From assembly GCA_016187035.1 (NCBI GenBank), contig JACPKL010000005.1, forward strand, positions 135,150 through 199,149: DNA of 64,000 bases, read 5' to 3'. This document shows positions 36,476 through 47,121 of this stretch, piece after piece. Under the pieces are notes generated by a model. It had not been told where the DNA came from and searched no databases. It saw only the letters and a program-made list of their open reading frames with translations. This DNA comes from Candidatus Daviesbacteria bacterium (GTDB taxonomy: Bacteria; Patescibacteriota; Microgenomatia; Daviesbacterales; UBA10151). Each line of letters starts with the position of its first letter. Position 1 is the first letter of the stretch. The position numbers and the translations under genes are program-made.

Positions 36476-38370
36476 TTATTTTAAAAATCTCTGCCGCAGT
36501 TTTTTTGATCCTTTTAGTCTGGTTTGTCCAGATATTATTTCTTCCCCAGGCAGTCAAATGGGGAATGAATGGACACGATTGGGAGTATTTACTTTACTTT
36601 GACAGCCATAGGGGAGATAACCTAAATAATTTCTTTAGAATTAAGGATGACTTAGGTAATCCGTATTTTGTCCAAATAGTTTACTATTTGGGGACTTTAA
36701 GACAGATATTTGGTTTGCACCCAACAATTTTTAAACTGGTAGATATATTTTGGAAATCTTTAGCAGCTGTTTCTATAGGTTATTTAGTGTATAAAATATT
36801 GAAAGATAAATTATTTGCATTCTTTGCAATTTTTTTCTCCATTATTTTTCCTTCTGCTGCGGGCCCGCTTAATTTTACGATGAGTGGTATAAATTTCTTA
36901 ATAATTCCATTTACGTGTCTCTTTGTTTTTTATTATATCCAATCTACAAAAGAACCCAAAAAAATTTTGCTGGCCTCATTTTTTTTCTTTTTAGCAGTTT
37001 GCGCAGGTCCTGCCAGGGCTTACCTGATTTTATCAGTGCCTATTTTTATTGAGCTAATCCGTTTAGTTAGATCATTCCGTCCATTCGTATTTTTAAGAAG
37101 GTTGCTAGTTTTCTATATTCTACCTTATATAGCTTTAAATTGGGGGCCCTTCCAACCCACACACGAAATATACGTTCATATAATACAGGTTATGCGGGGT
37201 AATTTATACACACTTACATTGCCATTTCAGAGTACTAGTGCTTTATTTATCGATCAAAGCATTTTAAAAAGTGTTTTAGAATGGAGAAAATTACTTTTAC
37301 CTTCTATAAATCCAGAATTAGGTGGATTTTTAATGCTGAATGTTTTTTTTCTTATCCTATCAATCTTTTTAGGATTTGCTATTAAGGGGAGAAGGGGGGT
37401 TTATTCCTTTGCTCTTAAGGTGATAATTCCTACTTTACTAATTGAGGCAGCTTTCTATTTTTTTGGTCTTCTAAGTTCTAATTTCACCCACAATGTCACT
37501 TTTTTAGATGCTGAGGGTTCCCTGCGTTTTACTGAGTCGTTAAATCCAACAGTTTTTCAGGCATCTATTGGAGGATATTATTTTATTCTTGGTTTAATTC
37601 TGAGTTTGGAATGGTGGAGGAACCAAAGAAGTAATAAATCGTTGATGCTGCTTGCGGCTGCCTGGTTTTGGTCCATTGCTTCAGTAGTAGAATTATTTCT
37701 TACCACCTCTAGATATGAAATGATATATCATTCTAATGATAGATATTTCTTAGTTAGTACATTGGGCGCCGTATTGTTCACAGCTGGAATTTTTACCTTA
37801 AGTTTTAAAACTTTAGTAAAACTAAAAGACCTAAAGTATAGACTATTATCAATCTCAATATTTTTTATGGTCGTTTTGCTGATTACCTGGAAGAATTATC
37901 AATTCTTATATCAATTTTTTTATGATTGGAATGAAAGGGAAGGCGGAAGTGTTTATTGGCAGAATACCATGTATCAGCGTTTTCTGACTAAACTAGGAAA
38001 AGAAAATTTAAAAAAACCAATTTTTCTATATATCGATCCTAAAAGTAAATCTGAAACTGCAAGATTTCTAGGCGGATCATTCTTTAACCCTTTAGGATTT
38101 CGAATATTCTATGATGAAAATGATAGCTTAATCAGAGATAATTGTAAGGTTGTGACCAATGACATTAAATTGTTAGAAAAGGCCTATGTAGTTCAAAATA
38201 GAGAGAAAGGTTTCAAATATGATACTAGTTGTATAGATGCTTATCAATCTACAGGAGGTAAGATAGTTTTTTATCCTTTAACTAATTTTTATGCTTTCAG
38301 AATGGAAAATAGGGATTTTGTGAATATTAAAGATGAAATCCTGGCTAAGCTTGATCAATCTGGACAATAA
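36472..38370 (+). CDS. PMT_2/ArnT-like GT-C polytopic membrane protein, NFYAF-tail family member 2
   Basis: 632 aa. The start overlaps the upstream stop (ATGA). GHDWEYLLYF, IFGLHPTIFKL, GPARAYLIL, LEWWRNQRSNK, and the tail VFYPLTNFYAFRMENRDFVNIKDEILAKLD. Confidence 0.65.
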   Translation: MIILKISAAVFLILLVWFVQILFLPQAVKWGMNGHDWEYLLYFDSHRGDNLNNFFRIKDDLGNPYFVQIVYYLGTLRQIFGLHPTIFKLVDIFWKSLAAVSIGYLVYKILKDKLFAFFAIFFSIIFPSAAGPLNFTMSGINFLIIPFTCLFVFYYIQSTKEPKKILLASFFFFLAVCAGPARAYLILSVPIFIELIRLVRSFRPFVFLRRLLVFYILPYIALNWGPFQPTHEIYVHIIQVMRGNLYTLTLPFQSTSALFIDQSILKSVLEWRKLLLPSINPELGGFLMLNVFFLILSIFLGFAIKGRRGVYSFALKVIIPTLLIEAAFYFFGLLSSNFTHNVTFLDAEGSLRFTESLNPTVFQASIGGYYFILGLILSLEWWRNQRSNKSLMLLAAAWFWSIASVVELFLTTSRYEMIYHSNDRYFLVSTLGAVLFTAGIFTLSFKTLVKLKDLKYRLLSISIFFMVVLLITWKNYQFLYQFFYDWNEREGGSVYWQNTMYQRFLTKLGKENLKKPIFLYIDPKSKSETARFLGGSFFNPLGFRIFYDENDSLIRDNCKVVTNDIKLLEKAYVVQNREKGFKYDTSCIDAYQSTGGKIVFYPLTNFYAFRMENRDFVNIKDEILAKLDQSGQ

Positions 38371-38375
38371 TCCTA

Positions 38376-40280
38376 ATGGATTTTCTTAAAAACTATTCAA
38401 TGCCAAATAATAAATTTTCCAAAGTCTTTTTAGCTATAATTTTGATACTATTGGTTTGGATTATCCATATCTTAGTTCTTCCTCATATACTACAATTTGG
38501 GATGCAAGGGGATGATTGGGGATGGCTTTTTTACTACGACACTCATAAAGCTAGCCAACTTAGCACCTTCCTCCCTTTTTATAAAAATGACCTTGGAAGC
38601 CTACATCCGTTACAACAACTGTACTATATAGGTACTTTAAGAAATATTTTTGGTCTAAACCAAACAGCCTTTCAACTTACTACTTTATTCTTTAAATCTC
38701 TAGCTGCTTTATCAGCAGGATATCTTGTATATAAATTAACTAAAGGTAAACTATTTGCATTTCTTGTAATATTATTCTTTATAATATTTCCTTCTACTGC
38801 GGGACTTTTTGTTATTGTTACTGGCTTAAATTACTTGCTTGTTGTATTTATGTGTTTTTCCATATATTTTTATATTCAATCAGTCAAGGATAATAGATAT
38901 ATTTTACTGGCTTCCCTATTTTTCTTTCTGGCTCTTTCTACAGGTGCAGCTAGAGCTTACCTTCTTGTGCCGATACCTTTTATTGTGGAATTGGTTCGTT
39001 TGGGAAGAAAATTTCGTCCGTTTGTGTTTATACAAAGACTTCTAATTTTCTATTTTCTACCATTTATTTTTTTGAAAGGTAATGGAACACAATATCAACT
39101 TAATCCGATGGTGGGAGTATTTACCCGGATAAGACAAATCACTGATGGAAATTTATATACCTTTTCCTTGCCATTCCAGATGGTCAGCACTTTATTTGTG
39201 GACCAGAGTATTTTAAAAGGTATGCCCAACTTGCTTGGATTTATAATAGTAAATTTAATTTTATTTTTTCTTTCAATCTTTTTAGGATTTGTAATTTTTA
39301 GCAGAGAAAAAATGAAGTTTTTTGTTACAAAGATAATGTTTTCAACGATCGTACTCGAGATAATTTTTTATATTCTGGCTCTAATACATAGCAATTCCGA
39401 AAGGATTCCTTTTGTGGATGTTGAAGGGAATGTCTATTTTGAGTTGGATCTGAATCCAACAATCTTTCTTGCCTCTATCGGAGGATATATTTTCACACTT
39501 GGTATACTGTTAATTTTAGAATGGTGGAAAAATCAAAGAGATAACAAAATTCTGATGATTGCTGTATTTGCTTGGATATGGTCTGTAATTTCAATATTAA
39601 TCTTATATTTGACTAGTCCATGGATGTTAATGATTAAGCTGTCTAATGACAGATACATTTTTAGCTCCTCTCCTGGAGCAGTCATTTTTACCGCGGCAAT
39701 TTTTACTTTAAGTCTTAAGGCTTTAGAAAAAATAAAAAACTTAAAGTTTAGATTACTGTGTTTTTCAATAGTGGGGGCTATTATTTTATTAATTGTTTGG
39801 AAAGACTACAGAATGTTAGATCAACTTCACTATGCTTTTATTAGACAATCTGGAGGAGTTTCCTCATATTGGGAAAATACTATGCATCGACGGTTCTTAG
39901 ACAAATTTGGTAGGGAGAATTTAAGGAAACCGGCATTGGTATTCATTAATGATTCTCCAGATGTAAATTTTAATGAGGCATCTTTTGTTAGACAAATTAC
40001 TCACAGAATATATTATGATGAAAACAATAACTTAATCAGAGATAATTGTAAAGCGGTAACCACGAATATTAAGGATTTAGAAAAAGCCTACACAGTTTAT
40101 AATGGGGAAAAAGGATTTTCATATGATTATACAGTATGCGTAAATCGCGATATATCTGTAGGAGGTGAATATAATATTTTTTACCCTTTAACTAATTTTT
40201 ATGCTTATAGAATGGAGAACAAAGAATTTATTGATATTAAGGATGAGATTATAGGTCAACTTGATGAAAAGAAAAAATAG
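38376..40280 (+). CDS. PMT_2/ArnT-like GT-C polytopic membrane protein, NFYAF-tail family member 3 (tandem duplicate of member 2)
   Basis: 634 aa. GDDWGWLFYY, IFGLNQTAFQL, GAARAYLLV, LEWWKNQRDNK, and the tail IFYPLTNFYAYRMENKEFIDIKDEIIGQLD. Confidence 0.65.
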   Translation: MDFLKNYSMPNNKFSKVFLAIILILLVWIIHILVLPHILQFGMQGDDWGWLFYYDTHKASQLSTFLPFYKNDLGSLHPLQQLYYIGTLRNIFGLNQTAFQLTTLFFKSLAALSAGYLVYKLTKGKLFAFLVILFFIIFPSTAGLFVIVTGLNYLLVVFMCFSIYFYIQSVKDNRYILLASLFFFLALSTGAARAYLLVPIPFIVELVRLGRKFRPFVFIQRLLIFYFLPFIFLKGNGTQYQLNPMVGVFTRIRQITDGNLYTFSLPFQMVSTLFVDQSILKGMPNLLGFIIVNLILFFLSIFLGFVIFSREKMKFFVTKIMFSTIVLEIIFYILALIHSNSERIPFVDVEGNVYFELDLNPTIFLASIGGYIFTLGILLILEWWKNQRDNKILMIAVFAWIWSVISILILYLTSPWMLMIKLSNDRYIFSSSPGAVIFTAAIFTLSLKALEKIKNLKFRLLCFSIVGAIILLIVWKDYRMLDQLHYAFIRQSGGVSSYWENTMHRRFLDKFGRENLRKPALVFINDSPDVNFNEASFVRQITHRIYYDENNNLIRDNCKAVTTNIKDLEKAYTVYNGEKGFSYDYTVCVNRDISVGGEYNIFYPLTNFYAYRMENKEFIDIKDEIIGQLDEKKK

Positions 40281-40288
40281 CTTGTTAA

Positions 40289-42130
40289 TTATTTTATATG
40301 CTTGTCAATTTTTTCTAAAATTTCTTCTTTTATATCAAAGATATCACGTTTTTGTAATTTAAATGCATAAAAGTTCTCCAAGGAGAAAAAATTATCTCCG
40401 CCATTGAAATATTTATACAAAAAGCCTTCTTTTTCCTCTAAAGTAGTATAGCTTGAAAGAAGTTTTGCTTCATCGTTAATCAGCAGTGCAACTGGACACG
40501 GTTTTTTTGAATTATAAGGGCTGTACAGGCTATACCATCTGTCAAATCTGTCAATCATAATAAAACTATAGTTTAATCCATTTTGTTCATTGGGTATTGT
40601 TTCAAGGAAGAAAAAATTATTACATGGAGTAGTATCATCCTTCAGGAAACTCCAGAACTTATCTTTAATAGAGACTTGATCTGAGGCTTTATTTCCATAA
40701 TCCATATTTGCTTTCAGATAAGTCTGTATTTGGTTATTGCTGTAAAAAAAATATAATACAAGAATCAAAAAAACAAAAGGAGCAAGGATTTTTGAAAACG
40801 GTTCCTGGTTTTTAATCCGTTTATAAGTCAAAACTACAATCATGGATATTGCTACAGAGACACCCATAGAAGGTATAGTTGAATACCCGTATATTCCCAT
40901 TGGTATGTGGACCAAAGAATATACAATCCAAGTTAGCAAAACAGAAGTGATTGAAAAGGTGATACCAAGAAGATAGAGAATCAATAACTTGTTTTGTTTG
41001 TTATTTAGCCATTCAATAAAAATAAATATAGTTAAGGTTGTAATATAAACTCCCAAAACTGCTGTAGGCGTAAAAGTGTAAGGGTCATAAGTCATTTTTA
41101 GATGGTCGGGTAAATTTTTGCCTATATCTATAAAAAGAAAAATTAATAACTCGGCAATGAAATTAGCCACGAAAACACCCAGAAAAAATTTTAACGGCTT
41201 TTTGGATAAAATTTTTGAAAGAATCATAGTAGCGACCCCAAAAAATATTAATGGTCCTCCTAAGAAATAGTTAATGAAGTCAGATAAAGCCCAAGTTGGT
41301 GAACTAAGGAATTTTAAGCTATCATTTTGTAAAAAAAGACTGCCAAATGAGCTAAAAGGTGCTAGGAGCATTTGCAGATTTCCCGCAGAAATTTTTTGCA
41401 TAATAGCTATAGGATTGCCAGGAGAGGCTCTACCGCTGCCTGTTAGAATAAAAAATAAAATGAGTAAAGAAAAGAATACGAATAAATGCTTGGTGACTCT
41501 ATAAAAGTTTGACCAAGTCCTTTTTGTTAAAAAAATAGCAACTCCTAGAAAAAAAATAAATGGTAATAAGGAATAAGCCCGGGCCGGATTAATAAGGAAG
41601 GTAAGAAATAACACCATGGAACAAGAGATAGACCATAAGATATCTCTGAGTTTATCAGTGAAAATCAAGTAAAAAAGTATGAAAAAAATATTCAATCCAG
41701 TGATAAGTAAATAATCTTGGGTTCTTGTCACCATTTCCATGGAGCCAAATGAACCGTAATGAAAAGAGTAAATGATTCCTGATATATAAGATAATAAACG
41801 ATTTTTAAATATAACCTGGATTAGGATATATAAGCTAATGATTGATAGGATTTTAAAAAATAAACTGGCTATATGATAAGTTTGGTAGTTAAAGCCAAAT
41901 AAGCTAAACATGATACCACCGTAATAAAGATGTGGAGTTTGATAGATTCCAGTATTTTGCCAAGCCTGACTTAATTTGGAAAATGGTGATCCAAGAATTA
42001 GAAAATCAGAAAAAAACCGTACATCATCTGGAGAAAAACCAAATTCAAGATGTGGTTTTAAAATTAATATTTGAGAGAAGCTTATTATTAAAATGAATAT
42101 TGATAAAAGAAATAATTCTTTTTTAATCAT
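40289..42130 (-). CDS. PMT_2/ArnT-like GT-C polytopic membrane protein, NFYAF-tail family member 4
   Basis: 613 aa. SPDDVRFFSDF, LFGFNYQTYHIA, NPARAYSLL, IEWLNNKQNK, and the tail NFFSLENFYAFKLQKRDIFDIKEEILEKID. Confidence 0.65.
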   Translation of the reverse strand: MIKKELFLLSIFILIISFSQILILKPHLEFGFSPDDVRFFSDFLILGSPFSKLSQAWQNTGIYQTPHLYYGGIMFSLFGFNYQTYHIASLFFKILSIISLYILIQVIFKNRLLSYISGIIYSFHYGSFGSMEMVTRTQDYLLITGLNIFFILFYLIFTDKLRDILWSISCSMVLFLTFLINPARAYSLLPFIFFLGVAIFLTKRTWSNFYRVTKHLFVFFSLLILFFILTGSGRASPGNPIAIMQKISAGNLQMLLAPFSSFGSLFLQNDSLKFLSSPTWALSDFINYFLGGPLIFFGVATMILSKILSKKPLKFFLGVFVANFIAELLIFLFIDIGKNLPDHLKMTYDPYTFTPTAVLGVYITTLTIFIFIEWLNNKQNKLLILYLLGITFSITSVLLTWIVYSLVHIPMGIYGYSTIPSMGVSVAISMIVVLTYKRIKNQEPFSKILAPFVFLILVLYFFYSNNQIQTYLKANMDYGNKASDQVSIKDKFWSFLKDDTTPCNNFFFLETIPNEQNGLNYSFIMIDRFDRWYSLYSPYNSKKPCPVALLINDEAKLLSSYTTLEEKEGFLYKYFNGGDNFFSLENFYAFKLQKRDIFDIKEEILEKIDKHIK

Positions 42131-42189
42131 GGATTATTATTCTAGCCGACTCTATAATAGTATTAAATTTTAAAAGAAGCAATGTAGAT

Positions 42190-43071
42190 ATGAAGACAGT
42201 TTTATTATTTGGCGGCAGTGGTTTAGTTGGGTCTGGGATAAAGCAACTTTTATCTGATAGATATCGAATAATAGCTCCTGCTCATGACGAAGTGGATGTA
42301 ATCAGAAGCGATCATGTAACTGCGATTATTGAACAAATTCAACCGAATAATATTATCTATGCCGTTGGTTTGGCTAGTATTGATAGGGCAGAACAAGAGC
42401 CTGAGCTGGCAAACTTATTAAATGTTAAGGCACCTGCTCTTGTTGCAAAAGTAGCAGCATCTTTTGGTATACCCCTTTTATATTTTTCTACAAATGCAGT
42501 TTTTGACGGAACAAAGAAAAATAGACCTTATAAGGAAACTGATAAGACCAATCCTAAATCAGGATATGGTAAATCCAAATTAATGGGTGAACAAATAGTT
42601 ATGAATATTTCAGACAAAAATTATGTAGTCAGGTTTATAATGCCATACCCGACAACTCCTCACAAAAGAAAGAATTTCACCTGGACTATTTTAGATGCTT
42701 TTAAAGAAGGAAAAGAGATCTATGGTATTACAGATCAAGTAATAAATCCAATATGCGTTAGTGATATTGCTGAGGCAGTGCATGCTCTAATAGCAACTGG
42801 CGCTGGTGGAATTTATCACCTAGGGGCAACTGATTATGTTACGAATATAGAGTTTATCAAAAAATTAGCCAGAATTTTTAATTTTAATTTTAATCTAATA
42901 AAAGAAATATCCTTTGAAGAATTTTTTAGAGGTAAAAAAGCTCCTAGAACTAAATTTTGCTGGTTAGATACCCTCAAGATAAGAAAAAAAATTGGAAATA
43001 ATATACTTCATACTATAGATGAAGGGATTTTGCTTTTCAAAAAGAATTTGGAAAAAGATACTAACTCCTGA
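42190..43071 (+). CDS. dTDP-4-dehydrorhamnose reductase (RmlD)-like SDR
   Basis: MKTVLLFGGSGLVGSGI and YFSTNAVFDGTKKNRPYKETDKTNPKSGYGKSKLMGE match the RmlD pattern STDYVFDG...PY.E.D..nP...YG.SKl.GE. Confidence 0.75.
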   Translation: MKTVLLFGGSGLVGSGIKQLLSDRYRIIAPAHDEVDVIRSDHVTAIIEQIQPNNIIYAVGLASIDRAEQEPELANLLNVKAPALVAKVAASFGIPLLYFSTNAVFDGTKKNRPYKETDKTNPKSGYGKSKLMGEQIVMNISDKNYVVRFIMPYPTTPHKRKNFTWTILDAFKEGKEIYGITDQVINPICVSDIAEAVHALIATGAGGIYHLGATDYVTNIEFIKKLARIFNFNFNLIKEISFEEFFRGKKAPRTKFCWLDTLKIRKKIGNNILHTIDEGILLFKKNLEKDTNS

Positions 43072-43777
43072 TTAGTCTTTGAGTAATACCCCAACCATAC
43101 CAATATATATATCTTGGTAGCCATTTATAGAGCTTAAATTTTGATTTTCCGGATGATCTTTCTTTCCATGTAGAGGGGGTTTCTGTAATTTTAAAACCCA
43201 TGAAATGAGCTTTGATTAATATTTCCATAGCGAATTCCCAACCCCCTTGAGATTCAATACCGATTTTATCTAGAAGTGAGTTTCTATACAGTTTAAACCC
43301 GTTAGTTAAATCAGAAGTAGGTATACCTAAAAGTACGGGGGTTGTCAGTCCTGCAATTCTTGAGAGAACAGTTTTCATAAATCCTCCTCCTAACTGTTTT
43401 CCTCCTTTAGAATAACGTGTTCCACAAACAATATCATAGCCTTGTTTTGCTAATTTATACATATTATTAATTGCTTTAGGATCATCTGCTAAGTCGCCCG
43501 GCATTACAACAATAAAGTTGCCTTTTGCTTTTTTAAATCCGGTTTTACAAGCGTTAATTAAACCTCTTCCTAAATTATTTTTTATTAGCCTAATATTTGA
43601 AAATTTATGCTGTAGTTTTTTTGCAACTGGTACAGTATCATCCTGGTCAAAGTCATATACAATAATTATTTCATGCTTGATTTTTATTGCTCTTTCAAGC
43701 GTTTGAAGAAAAAGTGTTATATTTGAGCCTTCATTTAAAACTGGGACAATGATACTGATAGGAAGTTTTGAATACAT
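43061..43777 (-). CDS. GT2 polyprenyl-phosphate mannosyl/hexosyltransferase (DPM1/Ppm1 catalytic-domain type)
   Basis: ISIIVPVLNEGSNI, VMPGDLADDP, and DLTNGFKLYRNSLL...GWEFAMEILIKAHFMGFKITETPSTWKERSSGKSKF are the DPM1-type signature. Confidence 0.8.
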   Translation of the reverse strand: MYSKLPISIIVPVLNEGSNITLFLQTLERAIKIKHEIIIVYDFDQDDTVPVAKKLQHKFSNIRLIKNNLGRGLINACKTGFKKAKGNFIVVMPGDLADDPKAINNMYKLAKQGYDIVCGTRYSKGGKQLGGGFMKTVLSRIAGLTTPVLLGIPTSDLTNGFKLYRNSLLDKIGIESQGGWEFAMEILIKAHFMGFKITETPSTWKERSSGKSKFKLYKWLPRYIYWYGWGITQRLIRS

Positions 43778-43854
43778 GAAAGATTTTTATAAACTTAAGT
43801 TATAATTATAATTACACATCACACATCTATAATGAATTGGCAAAGGATTTAAAG

Positions 43855-43882
43855 ATGACAGTATTTTCATACCCTATATAAT
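43855..43882 (+). promoter_or_regulatory. Sigma70-type promoter candidate for the 43892 GT-C gene; leaderless or 1-3 nt leader
   Basis: ATGACA (43855-43860), a 16-nt spacer, then TATAAT (43877-43882), ending 9 nt before the ATG at 43892. Confidence 0.4.
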
Positions 43883-43891
43883 AAGACAAAA

Positions 43892-45781
43892 ATGAAGAGT
43901 TTACTAGATAAAAAGAATTTACTCGTAATATCATTTTTACTTTCATTAACGATCCTTTTAAACGGATTAGTTTTTTTAAATCAACTAAATTACGGTTTTA
44001 GAGATGTCGATTGGCAGGTACTTTATTATTTTAAACTTTTTGGCAAATTATCTTTAAATCATTTATTAAAAGAAATTCAAGTTTTGGGAGTATATATTAC
44101 AGAATCATATTACGTAGGGTTTCTTGAGCAGTTAATAGGTTTGGATTTTTCGCGTTTGCATCTTGTAACTCAGCTTCTCAAGGTAATATCTGCAATTTCT
44201 GTCTATTTAGCAGTTTTAACAATCTTCAAAAAGAAATTGCTGGCATTTATAACCAGTCTGATTTATACAATTTCATATACACATGCGGGAGTGCTTTTTC
44301 AGCTTTCTTCTGGAGGATATTTCTTAGCCACAATTTTTATGAATTTATTTTTAATCTCATATTATAAAAGTTTTCATTATAGGAAAATCAACGAATTTCT
44401 GATTTCCATTATTTTACTCATTGTAACATTTATACTGAAACCAGAGAGAATGTATCCTCTAATTATTCTTATTTCCATTATTGAATTATTTGTTATTATT
44501 TTAGGCAAATTTAAAAAGGAGAGACTGGTTATTTTTTTGCCACTCATTATTCTTTATCCTTTTTATTTTTTATTGTTTTCAAAGGGAATACCTAGTGGTT
44601 TTGCTCCAGGTCAATTCCTTTTGGGTGCAACTGTCAAAATTAAAGGTATTTTAAATGGGAATCTACAGCTATTATTAGAACCTTTTGCTTCCTTAGGGAG
44701 TATCTTTTTATATGGTGAATACTGGAAAATGCTGGGCCAGTTAAATTTCCAGGATTTTCCACAATTTATATCTTCTTTAATATTCGGTCCTATTCTTAGA
44801 TTAGGGTTTATATCGTTAGTGCCCTTTTTTGTTATTGGTAAAAAATCTCTTAAGTTAATATTTAATATTTTAGTATCAGTGTTGCTGTTTGGAATAATAG
44901 TTTATTTATTTAATTTTAATTGGCAACATTTGGTAACACCAACACGTATTCACTTTGACCCAAACTTGATTGCAATACCATCTATCTTAGGTTTCTATGT
45001 TTTAGTCCTAAATTGCATGCTTCTTATTGATTGGTTAAAAAACAAAGATCGAATATTAATCCCGCCAATACTTGGTATTGCTTTCTCCTTCTTATTTATT
45101 TTATTAACTTGGATTTCCTCAGATATATTATTAATATTCATGGGTCCGCAAAGGTATTTAAGTATCCCATCAATCGGAACCAGCATTTTTATTTCAGGGT
45201 TTTTGGTTATAGCTTTTGATAGATTAAAAAAAATAAAATTTACTAAACAATTTAGCTGGATTATATTTTTATTTTTGGTGCCGCTATTTATTATCAACTA
45301 CCAAGTAGCGAATAAGTTTTTTGAAGATGAGTTAAATTTTGCTGGAGCAAAAGGGATAGATCAAACTAGAATGAAAAATAAATTACGTTTGCTGATGAGA
45401 GGGATAGATACACAAGATAAATCTTTATTTTATTTTGATGAAACTCAAGACCGAAATAATGCGTACTTTAATGAGGGAACAGTATTAGCGGGGTTTGAAT
45501 ATTGGACGAAATTGAACGAAGATGGGACTCTGAATGATTTACCTACACCGGGAATGATAAGAAGCACTCGTCAATGTCCAGAGCATACCCACCTAAGTTG
45601 TATAAAAGTTTTAAAGGATGGATTAAGGATCGAGAATGGAGATAAAGGGGTTTGGTATGCAGATTCAATTCGAGGTAATATACCAAATTTTTATAAACTA
45701 AATAATTTTCATGCATATAGGTTTATTAACAAGGATATTATTGATATTAGGGATGAGGTTTTAAGAGAAGTGGGTTTATGA
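43892..45781 (+). CDS. PMT_2/ArnT-like GT-C polytopic membrane protein, NFYAF-tail family member 5
   Basis: 629 aa. RDVDWQVLYYF, LIGLDFSRLHL, KPERMYPLI, IDWLKNKDR, and the tail NFYKLNNFHAYRFINKDIIDIRDEVLREVG. Confidence 0.65.
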   Translation: MKSLLDKKNLLVISFLLSLTILLNGLVFLNQLNYGFRDVDWQVLYYFKLFGKLSLNHLLKEIQVLGVYITESYYVGFLEQLIGLDFSRLHLVTQLLKVISAISVYLAVLTIFKKKLLAFITSLIYTISYTHAGVLFQLSSGGYFLATIFMNLFLISYYKSFHYRKINEFLISIILLIVTFILKPERMYPLIILISIIELFVIILGKFKKERLVIFLPLIILYPFYFLLFSKGIPSGFAPGQFLLGATVKIKGILNGNLQLLLEPFASLGSIFLYGEYWKMLGQLNFQDFPQFISSLIFGPILRLGFISLVPFFVIGKKSLKLIFNILVSVLLFGIIVYLFNFNWQHLVTPTRIHFDPNLIAIPSILGFYVLVLNCMLLIDWLKNKDRILIPPILGIAFSFLFILLTWISSDILLIFMGPQRYLSIPSIGTSIFISGFLVIAFDRLKKIKFTKQFSWIIFLFLVPLFIINYQVANKFFEDELNFAGAKGIDQTRMKNKLRLLMRGIDTQDKSLFYFDETQDRNNAYFNEGTVLAGFEYWTKLNEDGTLNDLPTPGMIRSTRQCPEHTHLSCIKVLKDGLRIENGDKGVWYADSIRGNIPNFYKLNNFHAYRFINKDIIDIRDEVLREVGL

Positions 45782-45804
45782 TATGATCTTGGGCGTTTAA
45801 TAAT

Positions 45805-47121
45805 ATGCTAACAAAAAATAATACAATTTATGATGTGGTTATTATAGGTGGACTTGGGCATGTTGGTCTTCCGTTAGGGATTGCTTTTGCCGAAAAGGGT
45901 CTTAAGGTATGTTTGTATGATATTGATAAAAATAATGGTGAAATGGTTAAAAAAGGTCAGATGCCTTTTATAGAGTATGGAGCGCAGGAAATATTGGAGA
46001 AGGTTTTAAAGGCTGAAAAATTATTTATATCCTTTGATACTAAAGATATTTCTAAATCTAAATACGTAATAGTGACCATTGGTACTCCGGTGGATGAGCA
46101 TTTAACTCCTAGAACTAGAGCTTTTTTGGAGTTTTTTGAAAGCATAAGAGAGTATTTAACTTCAAGCCAAATAATAATTGTCAGGAGTACAGTTTACCCC
46201 AATACTTGTGAGCAATTATTAAGAATGCTTAGTAATGGCAAAAGCTGGCATATAGCATATTGTCCTGAGCGTATTACACAAGGTTATGCAATTAAGGAGT
46301 TGAGAGAACTTCCACAGGTTATTGCCGGATTAAGTGATCACGCAATAAACAGTGCAGCTGCTTTGTTTAGCCTAATTGCTCCCAAAATTATTAAAACATC
46401 AATGGGAGAGGCAGAACTGGTTAAGTTGTTTTCAAATGCTTGGAGGTATATTCAATTCTCCATGGCGAACCAATTCTATATGATTTCACATAAATTTGGA
46501 GTTGATTATGAAAGAGTGAGATGGGCTATGAAAGAGGGTTATGAAAGAGCTGCTAATCTCCCATCAGCAGGGTTTGCAGCAGGACCATGTCTTTTAAAAG
46601 ATACTATGCAGCTGGCAGCATTTGATGTGAATAATTTTTTGTTGGGACATGCTGCTATGATGGTTAACGAAGGCCTACCAAATTTCATTGTCGAAAATTT
46701 AAAAAAGAGATATGATTTATCCGAAAAAAAGGTAGGAATTCTAGGCATGGCTTTTAAAGCAGATATTGATGATACTAGAGATTCTTTATCATATAAGCTT
46801 GGCAAGATATTAAGATTTAATGGTGCTCAGGTTTATTATTCGGATGAATTTGCCAAAAACCCAACATTTATTTCTAAAGAGAAATTAATCGAAAATAGCG
46901 ATGTAATAATTGTTGCTATTCCTCATTCTAATTATAAAGGTATTGTTATTCCGGAAAGCAAAGAGGTAGTTGATTTATGGGGTATTGTTAAGGGTGGCAA
47001 AAGAGAGCTTCCTCAAGGATACATTGCCTCAGAATATACTTCAGTAAATTTTTTTAATTCCGCATTTTCGCAAACTGTTCGAATAAATAAACCCCTTAAA
47101 AATAAAAAATTTCTTAGATGA
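45805..47121 (+). CDS. UGDH-family nucleotide-sugar dehydrogenase (WecC/Cap5O-like)
   Basis: VVIIGGLGHVGLPLG Rossmann loop, GFAAGPCLLKD catalytic-Cys motif and LGMAFKADIDDTRDS. Confidence 0.8.
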   Translation: MLTKNNTIYDVVIIGGLGHVGLPLGIAFAEKGLKVCLYDIDKNNGEMVKKGQMPFIEYGAQEILEKVLKAEKLFISFDTKDISKSKYVIVTIGTPVDEHLTPRTRAFLEFFESIREYLTSSQIIIVRSTVYPNTCEQLLRMLSNGKSWHIAYCPERITQGYAIKELRELPQVIAGLSDHAINSAAALFSLIAPKIIKTSMGEAELVKLFSNAWRYIQFSMANQFYMISHKFGVDYERVRWAMKEGYERAANLPSAGFAAGPCLLKDTMQLAAFDVNNFLLGHAAMMVNEGLPNFIVENLKKRYDLSEKKVGILGMAFKADIDDTRDSLSYKLGKILRFNGAQVYYSDEFAKNPTFISKEKLIENSDVIIVAIPHSNYKGIVIPESKEVVDLWGIVKGGKRELPQGYIASEYTSVNFFNSAFSQTVRINKPLKNKKFLR

